Assembly: GCF_006345805.1 (NCBI RefSeq) | Contig: NC_043007.1 | Coordinates: 74,772,001-74,836,000 of the forward strand | DNA from: Octopus sinensis | Lineage: Eukaryota | DNA length: 64,000 bases | Direction of reading: 5' to 3' | Shown here: piece by piece, positions 53,970 to 64,000 of the stretch | Position numbering within the stretch: position 1 is the stretch's first letter | How the letters are laid out: each line of letters starts with the position of its first letter | Translations under genes and position numbers: made by a program | The notes under the pieces: generated by a model | Told to the model about the DNA's origin: nothing | Databases searched by the model: none | What the model saw: the letters and a program-made list of their open reading frames with translations, nothing else

Positions 53970-54654
53970 GTGAGTAATCTGCTCTTCATTGTTTTATTCT
54001 TATATTCTTTGGCTGGTGATGGTCATTGGTTTTCAGCCATGCTGGAGTACCATTTGCAAGGGTGCTCCAATCTCATTACTTGCTTCAGTTTAGTACTTAT
54101 TTTGCAAAAAAGGAAAACAGAGGCACCGTATAAACATAATTTTTAGACTAATATAAACATATAGAAATGGGCACACACACACATATATATACAAGTGCAT
54201 GCATATGTACCTGCATATATATACACACACACATACATACATATATATGTATGTATGTGTGTGTGTGTGTGAGAGTGTGTGTCTACAAATATATAAAATG
54301 TAAAATGCCAGAAAACATGAATTTTAAAATAAATTTGACCCTACTCTCAATATATGTTTTATTGGTATACTTAAATTTATGTTAAAACAATAGCCTTGTT
54401 TTAATTGTGTATGTGTGTGTGTTTGTGTGAATGTGTGTGTGTGCGTGTGTGTGTGTGTGTGTGTGCGCGTCCGTGTGTGTGTGTGCATGTGTGTGTGTGT
54501 GTGTGTGCGCGTCCGTGTGTGTATGTGTGTGTGTAAGCAGAATCCATAAATTTGATATATTGAGCCTATGTTATACAAATCAATAATGTAACCAGACAGG
54601 GTTATTTATCTCCATCACTTCAACTTGCTCACTACACAAGGTTATTTGTAAATT

Positions 54655-54693
<39 letters not shown>

Positions 54694-55004
54694 GTTTAGC
54701 ATCCACTTTTCATGTTGGCATAATGATAATAGATTAAAAAATGATTTCGTAGACATTTTACTTAAGTATTAGTAACCAGCTAAATTAGTTAACTTTATAA
54801 CAGCGTATAACTTTCAATCCTTGAAAACAATGTTTGCTGCACGACAAGTTCTATTTGTTTTACTCCAATTGATTACCAATATATTAATAACGAAGAATTA
54901 ATTTCATTGACTTCCAATCTAATGTGGGTTGTAGTAGTACAATGAATGGTCTCTCTCTTCTAACTTGTTTATGTTCAACAGCTTAAAAACACAGAAACAC
55001 TCTC

Positions 55005-56090
55005 GTAATCATCATCTTTAAACATCCGTTTTCCATGCTAGCATGGCTTGGATAGTTAGGAGCTGGCCAGGCCAGGAACCACATTAGGTTCCATAGTCTG
55101 TTGTGGCATAGCTTCTGCAGCCAACAAAATGTACTGGGTGCTTTCTTTGTGGCGACAGTACCAGTGATTTTTACATGGCACCATCACCAGTGCTTTTTAT
55201 ATGGGATCAGAAACAATGCTTTCTATGTGGCACCAGAACCAGTGTTTTATACATGGCACCAGCACCAGTGCTTTTTCTTCTTGTGGAACCAGCATCAGTA
55301 CTTTGTGTGTGTGGAACCAGCACCAGTGCAGGTGTTTTCTTTTGTGGCACCAGCACCAGTGCTTTGTGTGTGTGTGTGGAACCAGTACCAGTGCTTTTCT
55401 TGTGGGGCCAGCACTGGTGCCTTCTACATGGTTCCATCACTAGCAATTTTTATGTGGTACCATCACCAGAGCTTTTTACATAGCACCACCACCAGTGCTT
55501 TTTATATGGCACAATCACCAATGTTCTTCCATGGCACCAGTACCAGTGCTTTTATCCTAAAAATCATTTTTGTATTTGGTTTGCATGATTCTTCATGTAG
55601 TGAGAAAGGACCTTCAGACTTTGGCCCTCAGAGATGACAAGGGACCAAAACATTTGGCAGTTTGCTGTGCTTGAGAAGACACATCAAACTAAGTAGAATT
55701 GTGACCATCCGTACATACAGGCTTGTCATCTACGTCCCTCTCTCAGCTGAGAAGTTCTAGTCTTGTGGGCTCATGTGTGCTGGTGTTATGTAAAAGTACC
55801 CAGGCCACACAAAAGCACTCATGCTAGTGAAACCTAAACGTGCGTGTGCCAGTACCATGTAAAAGCACCCATGCCTGTAAAGTACCACATGTAAAGTACC
55901 TGTGCCAGTGCCACATAAAAGCATCTAGTATACCCTGTAAAGTGGTTGGCATTAAGAAGGGCACCCAACTGTATGAACCATGCCAAAACAGGCCTTATGG
56001 AGCCCAGGCAGCTCTCTAGTTAGCCAGCTTCTGTCAAACCATCCAACCCATGCAAACATGGAGAACAGCGTTAAATGATGATGATGATGA
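55005..56090. mobile_element. Two RTE 3' ends in inverted orientation; the left one carries an expanded minisatellite (55140-55560)
   Basis: - copy 55005-55760 and + copy 55780-56090. Repeated GTGGCACCAGCACCAGTGCTTTT units. Confidence 0.75.
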
Positions 56091-56475
56091 ATTCATATGT
56101 CAAAACAAATTTTGCTGTTTCTTGGGAGAGTCGTTATGCCAATAATAAATATGTGCACTGGTTTCATTTCTTTTTGAATTATAATAAAGATGTGAAATTG
56201 AACCAGTACACATGTTTGTTACTGGTATTATGACCACGCAAATATGACAAATTTTAGAAATCAATTTGAATTTTAAAGTTCTCTTCCTTGTCTCTCATGA
56301 TAAGAGTTATCATTAAAACTATGGCTTTTCTCTCCATTACATGATTAATATCAATTGATTAAAAGATGTTTCTTTGGCTTCAATAATGTTAGCTCCTATT
56401 CTATTATTTCACATTATAGCACCATACAATTTAAAATCCAATTTCACCCATTTTTTCGAAACCATTACACATATA

Positions 56476-56513
<38 letters not shown>

Positions 56514-57039
56514 TAAATACACACAAGCACATAAACACACACGGACACACATACACACACACACACACACACATACACACACACACATGCACACACACAC
56601 AAATACACATGCTCTAACACACAAAAGCATATGCACACACATGCTCAAACATACACATACACGAAAAATAGCTTGAAATTCACTTCTTTTCTAAGCTCTA
56701 GTTCCATGTTGAGTTCCTCCAAAACCATACCAAAGAGTGGAACCATTCAAAGAATTGTCAAAATCCTCATAACTATTCTACAATGCCAATCTAAATCATG
56801 ACGTCTTCACTGAAATCCTCACCTCAACTTTCAGATAGACAACACTCTGATTAAAACTAACTGAGAACCTCTCTGCAGTTGCACAGCCTGCTGGAAATAG
56901 CAGTCAAACATCCCTTAAATTATGCCATAACATCTTTAAAAAAGGATGTATTGAATAATATAGTCCAAAGTACACTATGTAAAGAAAAAAAAGGCAAGAT
57001 GGGACTACTACAGTTGGAATATATCAAATTATGAATATA

Positions 57040-57356
57040 AAAAACATTCGAGCGAGGTCGTTGCCAGTGCCGCTGGACTGGCTCCTGTGCAGGTGGCACA
57101 TAAAAAGCACCATTTGAGCGTAGCCATTGCCAGTACCGCCTGACTTGCCCTTGTGCCGGTGGCACGTAAAAGCACCCACTACACTCTCGGAGTGGTTGGC
57201 GTTAGGAAGGGCATCGAGCTGTAGAAACTCTCCTAGATCAAGATTGGAGCTTGGTGCAGCCATCTGGTTCGCCAGTCTTCAGTCAAATCGTCCAACCCAT
57301 GCTAGCATGGAAAGCGGACGTTAAACGATGATGATGATGATGATGATGATGATGCA
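57040..57356 (+). mobile_element. RTE 3'UTR with (GAT)n tail
   Basis: Same family as 48705-49311. Confidence 0.85.
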
Positions 57357-60145
57357 TAATCAGGGTTGATGTGGAGGTAATCAACAACAACAACAGCATC
57401 AACCACACTGTACTCAACACAACCAAGCAGTGTTTGATCCTGTGTTACCATGGTGACTTTCATGGCTGTTGTTTAAACCTGTAACGTGATCCTATTACAA
57501 GATTGGTGTAATAGATAAGCAAACATTACCCAATACACACAAAAGTACACACACACATGCACACAAACTCATGTGCACACACACACGCACACATATATAT
57601 AATCTTTTATTTGTTTCAGTCATTAGATGGTGGCCATGCTGGAGCACCACATCAAAAAATTTTAGCCAAATGAATTGACCCCAGTATCTATTCTTTAGGC
57701 CTCTTTTTGCCAAATGCCCAAGTTGCAGTGATGCAAAAACACCAACATCAATTGTTATGCAGTAGTGGGAGAAAACCACAGACACAAAAGTACACATACA
57801 AGCATACACACACACAGCAGGCTTCTTTCAGTTTGTCTACCAAATCCCTTCACAAGACTTAGGTCAGCCTGAGGCCATAGTAGAAGGCACTTACCCAAGG
57901 TGCTATGCAGTGGCACTGAACCCAGAACTACGTGGTTGAGAAAGAAATTTCTAACCACACAGCCATGCCAGAGCCTAGGTCAATTCTTTAAATTCAATTT
58001 CCATTGGGCTTACCTTTACCTTTCATCTTTTTAGGCATATTTACCAGTAATACACTGAGGTGAATAAAAACAAAATTGGTTTGTAGATTCTTAGAAAGAG
58101 ACCATTTTTCATAAATTAATTAAAATGTCTTCCATGAAGGTTTGTGAAGACAAGAAGCATTTCCTGAAGACCACCCCTACTACTTTAGTTTATTATTACC
58201 ATTACAAACCAGTGAGCTGGCAGAATCATTAGCACACTGGGCAAAATTCTTAATTGCATTTGCTCATCTTTATGTTCTGAGTTCAATTTCTGCTGAGGTT
58301 GACTTTGCCTTTTATCCTTTTGGGGGTCGATAAAATAAGTACCAGTTGAGCACTGGGGTTGATATAATTGACTAGCTCCCTCCCCGAAACTTGCTGGCCT
58401 TGGGCCAAAATTTGAAACCTTTATTATTATTATTACATTGAAATATTTCGCGATGAATCAATAAAGTAGCACCAATGAGGTCAGTTAAACTACTCGAAAT
58501 AACAGTTAACTCTCCCTCCAAAACTAGAACATACTTGATATTGCAATTCTCAATACATTATGACTGAATATAGGACTGTATAATCATGGCAGGAAGAATT
58601 TGGTAATTAAGAAAAAGCATGATTAGAGAAACTACATCTGAGAAATGAGGAGTTGTAAAACATAGCAAGTTTGTTGACCAGAACCTAACAAGCAAACAAA
58701 TGAAGTTGTTTCAAGGAGAATAAGGTATTAAAACCAATGTCAAATGTAAAAGAATCATTCCTACTAAATGAAAAACCAGGCAGACGCCAATAAAAGAACT
58801 GGGAACAAGTTGTTTATTTTAAAGAACATTGAATTCTGATCTGTGCCAGATTGTTTATCTAGATTTGTAGAAGCAGATTAGTCAAGTTCAACAAGATCTA
58901 CAGATTCTAATTATACTCTTGAGAAATCGATATTTGCTTACAGTATACTGATATATTAGAGATTCTTGTCATAGATAATGACCCTTCAATTCATTGTAAG
59001 ATGCCAAAACATTTGAATTCAGTTATAGCTTTGACTAGATATATATCACTATACTATAAATTTTCTCAACGCAGTGAAGGGAATGAATGAGCATGAAAAC
59101 ATATCTGCTAAAGAAAGCAAAACAAAACATATTTTTACCAATCAATGTTAGTTCTTATGCATAATCATATTAAATCCTTGAACAGTTTTAAATTTATGTA
59201 ACTCCAGATCTTTATGTGAAACAGAATTAATCTATAAAAAGAATAATTGAAATAATTTATTACATTTATAAATAGATTTATTCTTGAGATTGCTTATTTT
59301 TAATATGTACTCAACTAAGTACAGGCATGGCTGTGTGGTAAGAAGTTTGCTTCTCAACCACATGATCCTGGGTTCAATCCTATTGTGTGGAAGCCTTGGG
59401 TCAACCAAAGTTTTGTGAGTGAATTTGGTAGATGGAAACTGAAAGAAGCCCATCTGTGTGTGTGTGTGTGTGAAGGATGACTCAGTGATTAGAGCATCAG
59501 ATTTGCCATCACGAGGTAGTGAGTTTGATTCCTAGACTGGGTTGTGTGTTGTGTTCTTGAGCAAGATCCTTTAAATTATGTTGCTCCAGTTCACTCAGTT
59601 GTAGAAATGAATTGCAACGTCACTGATTCCAAGCCGCATTGGCATTTGCTTTGCCCTTGGATAAAATATGTGACACAGAGAGGGGAGACTTGTATGTATG
59701 GACAACTGCTGGTCTTCCATAAACAACCTTGCATAGACTTGTGCCTCGGAAGGGAACTTTCTAGGTGCAATCCCAGGGTCATTCATGGCCGAAGAGGGTC
59801 TTTACCCTTTGTGTGTGTGTGTGATTTGTGTCTGTGTTTATTCTCCACCACTGCTTGGCAATCAGTGTTGGTATGTTTACATCCCAGTAGCATAGCATCA
59901 GCAAAAGGAATCAACAGAATAAATATGAGGCTTCAATAAATATAAGTACTGGGGGTCAATTCATTCAACTAAGATTCTTTAAGGTGGTGTTCCAGCATGG
60001 CCACAATCAAATGACTAAAAACAGTAAAAGATAAAAGATAACAATTGTTTGTTCTGAAGTTCAAGAAATACATTTTGCAACTGGTTTTCAGATATGCCCT
60101 GGACTACATTAGTTATTGTAGTTTGCAAGAGTCATCTACAGAATA

Positions 60146-60500
60146 AAGTTTACTTGAATAAGCAGTACTTGGACTACGGCCTTGCTGGGGCACTGCCTTG
60201 AAGGTTTGATCAAACAAATCATCCCTAGTGCTTATTTTCAAGTCTGGCACTTATTCTATCAGACCCTTTAATCAAACCACTAAGTTACAGGTACATAAAC
60301 AAAACCAAGATTGGTACTTATTCAAGTTTACTTGAATAAGCAGTACTTGGACTATGGCCTTGCTGGGGCACTGCCTTGAAAGTTTGGTCAAACAAATCAT
60401 CCCTAATGTTTATTTTCAAGTCTGGCACTTATTCCATCAGACCCTTTAACCAAACCACTAAGTTACAGGTACATAAACAAAGCCAAGATTGGTACTTATT
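60146..60500. repeat. Tandem duplication, 178-bp unit, a few substitutions
   Basis: AAGTTTACTTGAATAAGCAGTACTTGGACTA at 60146 and 60324. Confidence 0.9.
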
Positions 60501-60742
60501 ATCAAGGCAGCAAACTGGCAGAATTGTTTGTACTCTGGGCGACATGCTTTGTGACATTTCAGCTGTCTTCACATTTTGAGTTCAAATTTTGCTGAGGCTG
60601 ACTTTGTCTTTTATCATTTCATGGTCAATAAAATAAATACCAGTTGAGCACTGGGGTTGATTTAATCACCTTAGCCACTTCCCTGAAACTTATGTCCTTG
60701 TACCAAAATTTGAAACCATTATTATTATCACTATCTTTACTG

Positions 60743-60773
<31 letters not shown>

Positions 60774-60802
60774 CTAAAAAATTTCCTATTTTTCTCCCCC
60801 AG

Positions 60803-60878
60803 TATCTGTCTTGTCTCTCAACTAGTTCATCAAATGACAAACTGGCATTCGACGTCGGCTTACAAGAAATGGCTGAAG
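60803..60878 (+). CDS. RyR: Ryanodine receptor exon: [25 protein letters not shown](G), ends in phase 1
   Basis: ctcccccAG acceptor, 76 nt, GAAG|gtaaaa donor. Contains the RyR motif YL.CLSTS...[11 protein letters not shown]. In frame with the three preceding exons. Confidence 0.97.
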
Positions 60879-61170
60879 GTAAAATATTCTTTATTTTTTT
60901 ACTTCAAAGTTCATTGCTTTATTATCTATATCTTTCTTTCTTCTAAATTAAACCACCTTTTGTTCATTCATTCCTATTTTTCTTTCTGTATCTCACTTTT
61001 CCTTTTCTATTACATTTGATCAACTTTCAAATATTTTCCTATTTATCTTTTCTTTCCTACAGGAACCTTTCACTCTATGAAACTATCACACCCACTCTTC
61101 TGCTTTTGAATGACATTCCTCTTAAGAACTCTCTGATCATAAACCTAGTTTTGACAGTGGCCTCAACCTA

Positions 61171-61256
61171 TTAATCTAGATTATAAATTTAATCTAGATT
61201 ATAATTAATCTAGATAATAAATTTAATCTAGATTATAATTAATCTAGATTATAAAT
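61171..61256. repeat. Palindromic minisatellite, 5 units of TTAATCTAGATTATAA(AT)
   Basis: Alternating 18/16-bp units, each containing TAATCTAGATTA (one unit has a T>A change). Confidence 0.85.
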
Positions 61257-62869
61257 TTTAAAAACTAAAATAAAATTGTGGGCAATTTTGACTTTAATTT
61301 CCTTCAAGAAATAAATAAGGCAACAAGCATACAACTTCATGCATTGTCATTTATCATCTTCATAGATTTAGAGAGTTGTCATTTAATTAGAACCCTTTTT
61401 AACCCTTTTGATAACAACCAATCCAAAAACCACCCTTGGTTCTATGATACAAATTCCATATTTTTAAGTGTTCTGAATTAAAATTTCTCGTCCAAATTTC
61501 ATGCTAATTTTCATTTCAAACCCTAGCTCAATAAGAATAAATTTATTTCAATAAATTCATTATTTTCAAAATTAATTTAAACAAAGGATGTATTTTTCAA
61601 CACAAAAACAGGAATAATAATGGTTAGATGACAGTATTATTCCAAAAGCTAATGCTTCTTTAATTCTCAAATATCCTTGGAGCTAGTATACATTGCTGGT
61701 TTCTCATTTGTTCAAACGTAAATAATTCATAATTATTAGAACATACATATAACCAATAAATACTTCAACAACGAATATTTGCAGGACAAAATTAATTATA
61801 CATAACTGAAGGGTCGATATAAAGTACATCAAGAAAGTCATGTTAGCTTTCACAAGTTAAGGGATTTACAGAAAATCCATCATGATAAATTTACTGGGAG
61901 TAATTATATCATGGTAAATATATTATTTCGTAATTTCATCACCTGGTAAATCTATTCCAAGGTAATTCCACTGTGAATAACTATATCATTAGGCAATTTC
62001 TCTTAAGTTGTTTTGTTTTATTTTTTGCTTTCTTAGAATAAATAGGTTGCATTAAAAAAAGTCGATCAAATTTTTTAAAAATAAATAAATAAATCTAGAG
62101 ATAAATATATTTTGATTATTTCTCGTTTATTGTTTACTTGTTTCGGTCATTGAACTGTGGCCATGCTGGTGCCCTGCCTCAATGGGTTTAGTCAAACAAA
62201 TCAACCCCCAGTACTTACCTTTTAAGTCTGGTGCTTCTATTAGCCTTTCTATTAGCCTTTAGGAATGTAAACAAACCAACACCAATTATCAAGCGATGGG
62301 GAGTCGGTGGGGGGGGGGACGAACACAGACACCAATATACACACATATATATTATCATTATTAACATTTACTATCCATTGTCTATGCTGGCATGGGTTGG
62401 ACGGTTTGACCAGGCTGGCATGCTGGAAAGCTGCACCAAACTCCAGTCTGATTTGGCATAGTTTTCTATGGCTGGAAACCCTTCTTAATGTCAACCACTC
62501 CGAGAGTGTAATGGGTGCTTTTACATGCCACCGGCACAGGTGCTATTTGCATGATATTTTTACATTTCACTGGTAGGGGTGTCAATTTGCATGACACTGG
62601 TATCTGCCACAACTGCAATTTTGTTCGGCTTGATGGGTCTTCTTAAGCACAACATAATGCCAAAGGTCTCAGTCATTGCTTCTGAGAGGCCTAACCCTCG
62701 AAAGGAACTCAGCCACTTTTCCTCAGTGAGGCCCCAATGCTTGAAAGGAACTCAGCCACTTTGCCTCTGTGAGGCCCAACTCTCAAAAGGTGCCACCAGA
62801 ACAGGTGCACTTGGTGGGGTACATTCTTCACAAGGGAGGGTCTTTGTATTTAGGAGCAACCATGCATCC

Positions 62870-63098
62870 CACTATCTGGTAAAAATGTAATCGATCTGGC
62901 TAGCACAGGCACCTGATTGGTAGATATCAGGTGGCTGGCTGGCCTCCTGAAGTTCATGTTGCAGATCAAAAGGTTATTTGCATCACAGAACCTCAGTAGC
63001 CTTGTTCTCTCTTTGCTTTGAGAGCCAAATCCATGGCCCCCATGCACACCGTGGAAGATACCAGGCTGCCATCCAACATGCCCATTGAATCTCCAGCC

Positions 63099-63101
<3 letters not shown>
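62870..63101 (-). mobile_element. RTE LINE apurinic endonuclease fragment
   Basis: FNGHVG...HGVHGGHGFGS...RLL.FCDANNLLICN.NFRRPASHLI. Confidence 0.88.
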
Positions 63102-63140
<39 letters not shown>

Positions 63141-63143
<3 letters not shown>

Positions 63144-63310
63144 GAGTAAGCACATAAATGTGAAACAAGGTGAAAAAAAAGTACTCAAATACCAGAGGTA
63201 GAGTAATATGCTTTATTTAAAAGTAGCAGAAATATAACAAAAGCTGTTACTCAGAGTTTCATGTGTTCATGTAACAGCTTTTGTTATATTTCTGCTGCTT
63301 TTAAATAAAG
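63141..63310 (-). mobile_element. Inverted-repeat element, same family as 45670-45845, opposite orientation
   Basis: 40-bp arms 63211-63250 / 63271-63310 with one G.U-type difference and a 20-nt spacer. The long arm is the reverse complement of 45760-45845. Abuts (TA)n. Confidence 0.7.
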
Positions 63311-63319
63311 TATACTCTT

Positions 63320-63534
63320 ACTCTCTTTTACTCTTTTACTTGTTTCAGTCATTTGACTGCGGCCATGCTGGAGCACCGCCTTTAGTCGAGCAAATCGACC
63401 CCAGGACTTATTCTTTGTAAGCCCAGTACTTATTCTATCGGTCTCTTTTTGCCGAACTGCTAAGTGACGGGGACGTAAACACACCAGCATCGGTTGTCAA
63501 GCAATGCTAGGGGAACAAACACAGACACATAAAC

Positions 63535-63567
<33 letters not shown>

Positions 63568-63685
63568 CATATATACGACAGGCTTCTTTCAGTTTCTGTC
63601 TACCAAATCCACTCACAAGGCATTGGTCGGCCCGGGACTATAGCAGAAGACACTTGCTCAAGATGCCACGCAGTGGGACTGAACC
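63320..63685 (-). mobile_element. Family B SINE
   Basis: Near-consensus reverse-complement copy. Confidence 0.88.
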
Positions 63686-64000
63686 TATATATATATATAT
63701 AAAATATTTTCCCATAGCCAGGTATCTTTTCCATGGAAGATTGGAAAAAGAAAAATATCAATTGTGTGATGGTGATGCTCATTTTGCAACCATCCAATGG
63801 TGTCAAGGCAAGGTTACATACACATACACACGCAAACACATTCACTCATCCACTTACACTTTGTAAAATAATTAATAAAAAACTGTATAAATAATGTATA
63901 AATATAATATCCAAATAATGTTTGGTGATATATTTAATCTCTTAATAAAAACCTGATAATAGATTTAGTGGCAATGAATTAGTGACAAAGGAATTACCTT

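Noticed and set aside
55140-55560. Regularly repeated GTGGCACCAGCACCAGTGCTTTT units and the Cys/His-rich ORF 55101-55637
   Set aside because: Degenerate minisatellite in an RTE 3'UTR. There are no unique spacers, so it is not CRISPR-like and not a real protein.
58560-59100. Weak resemblance to a Gypsy integrase (EILVIDNDP ~ E.LVSDNGP)
   Set aside because: Too decayed to call without a profile search.

Overview
AT-rich, repeat-saturated animal genomic DNA. The SINE/LINE families and the protein sequence point to a coleoid cephalopod, most likely Octopus (inference). The only host gene I can support is the 5' part of a ryanodine receptor (RyR) on the + strand. It appears as four short coding exons (13272-13397, 30657-30758, 53898-53969, 60803-60878), all with canonical AG/GT sites, which splice in frame to EDIVCLSC...CLAAEGFGNR...DVPPD...[12 protein letters not shown]...GHRTLLYG...[22 protein letters not shown]. 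These lie outside the supplied ORF track. The first coding exon and the exons after 60878 were not found in the window. The rest is intron (17.3, 23.1 and 6.8 kb introns) filled with three tRNA-type SINE families, RTE and CR1 LINE fragments, an R4/Dong-like fragment, mariner, Merlin, piggyBac-like and Helentron-type elements, a Penelope endonuclease fragment and long microsatellites. Almost all listed ORFs are microsatellite or repeat artefacts. The most unusual signal is a set of long inverted-repeat elements sitting in (TA)n tracts, several with type I hammerhead-ribozyme (HHR)-like motifs pointing outward from the hairpin centre. The best case is a near-perfect ~175-bp-arm hairpin duplicated in tandem at 40141-41100, whose sense-strand HHR folds are nearly intact inside the RyR pre-mRNA. 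Repeat boundaries were read by eye and are approximate (about +/-10-20 bp); exon coordinates are exact.
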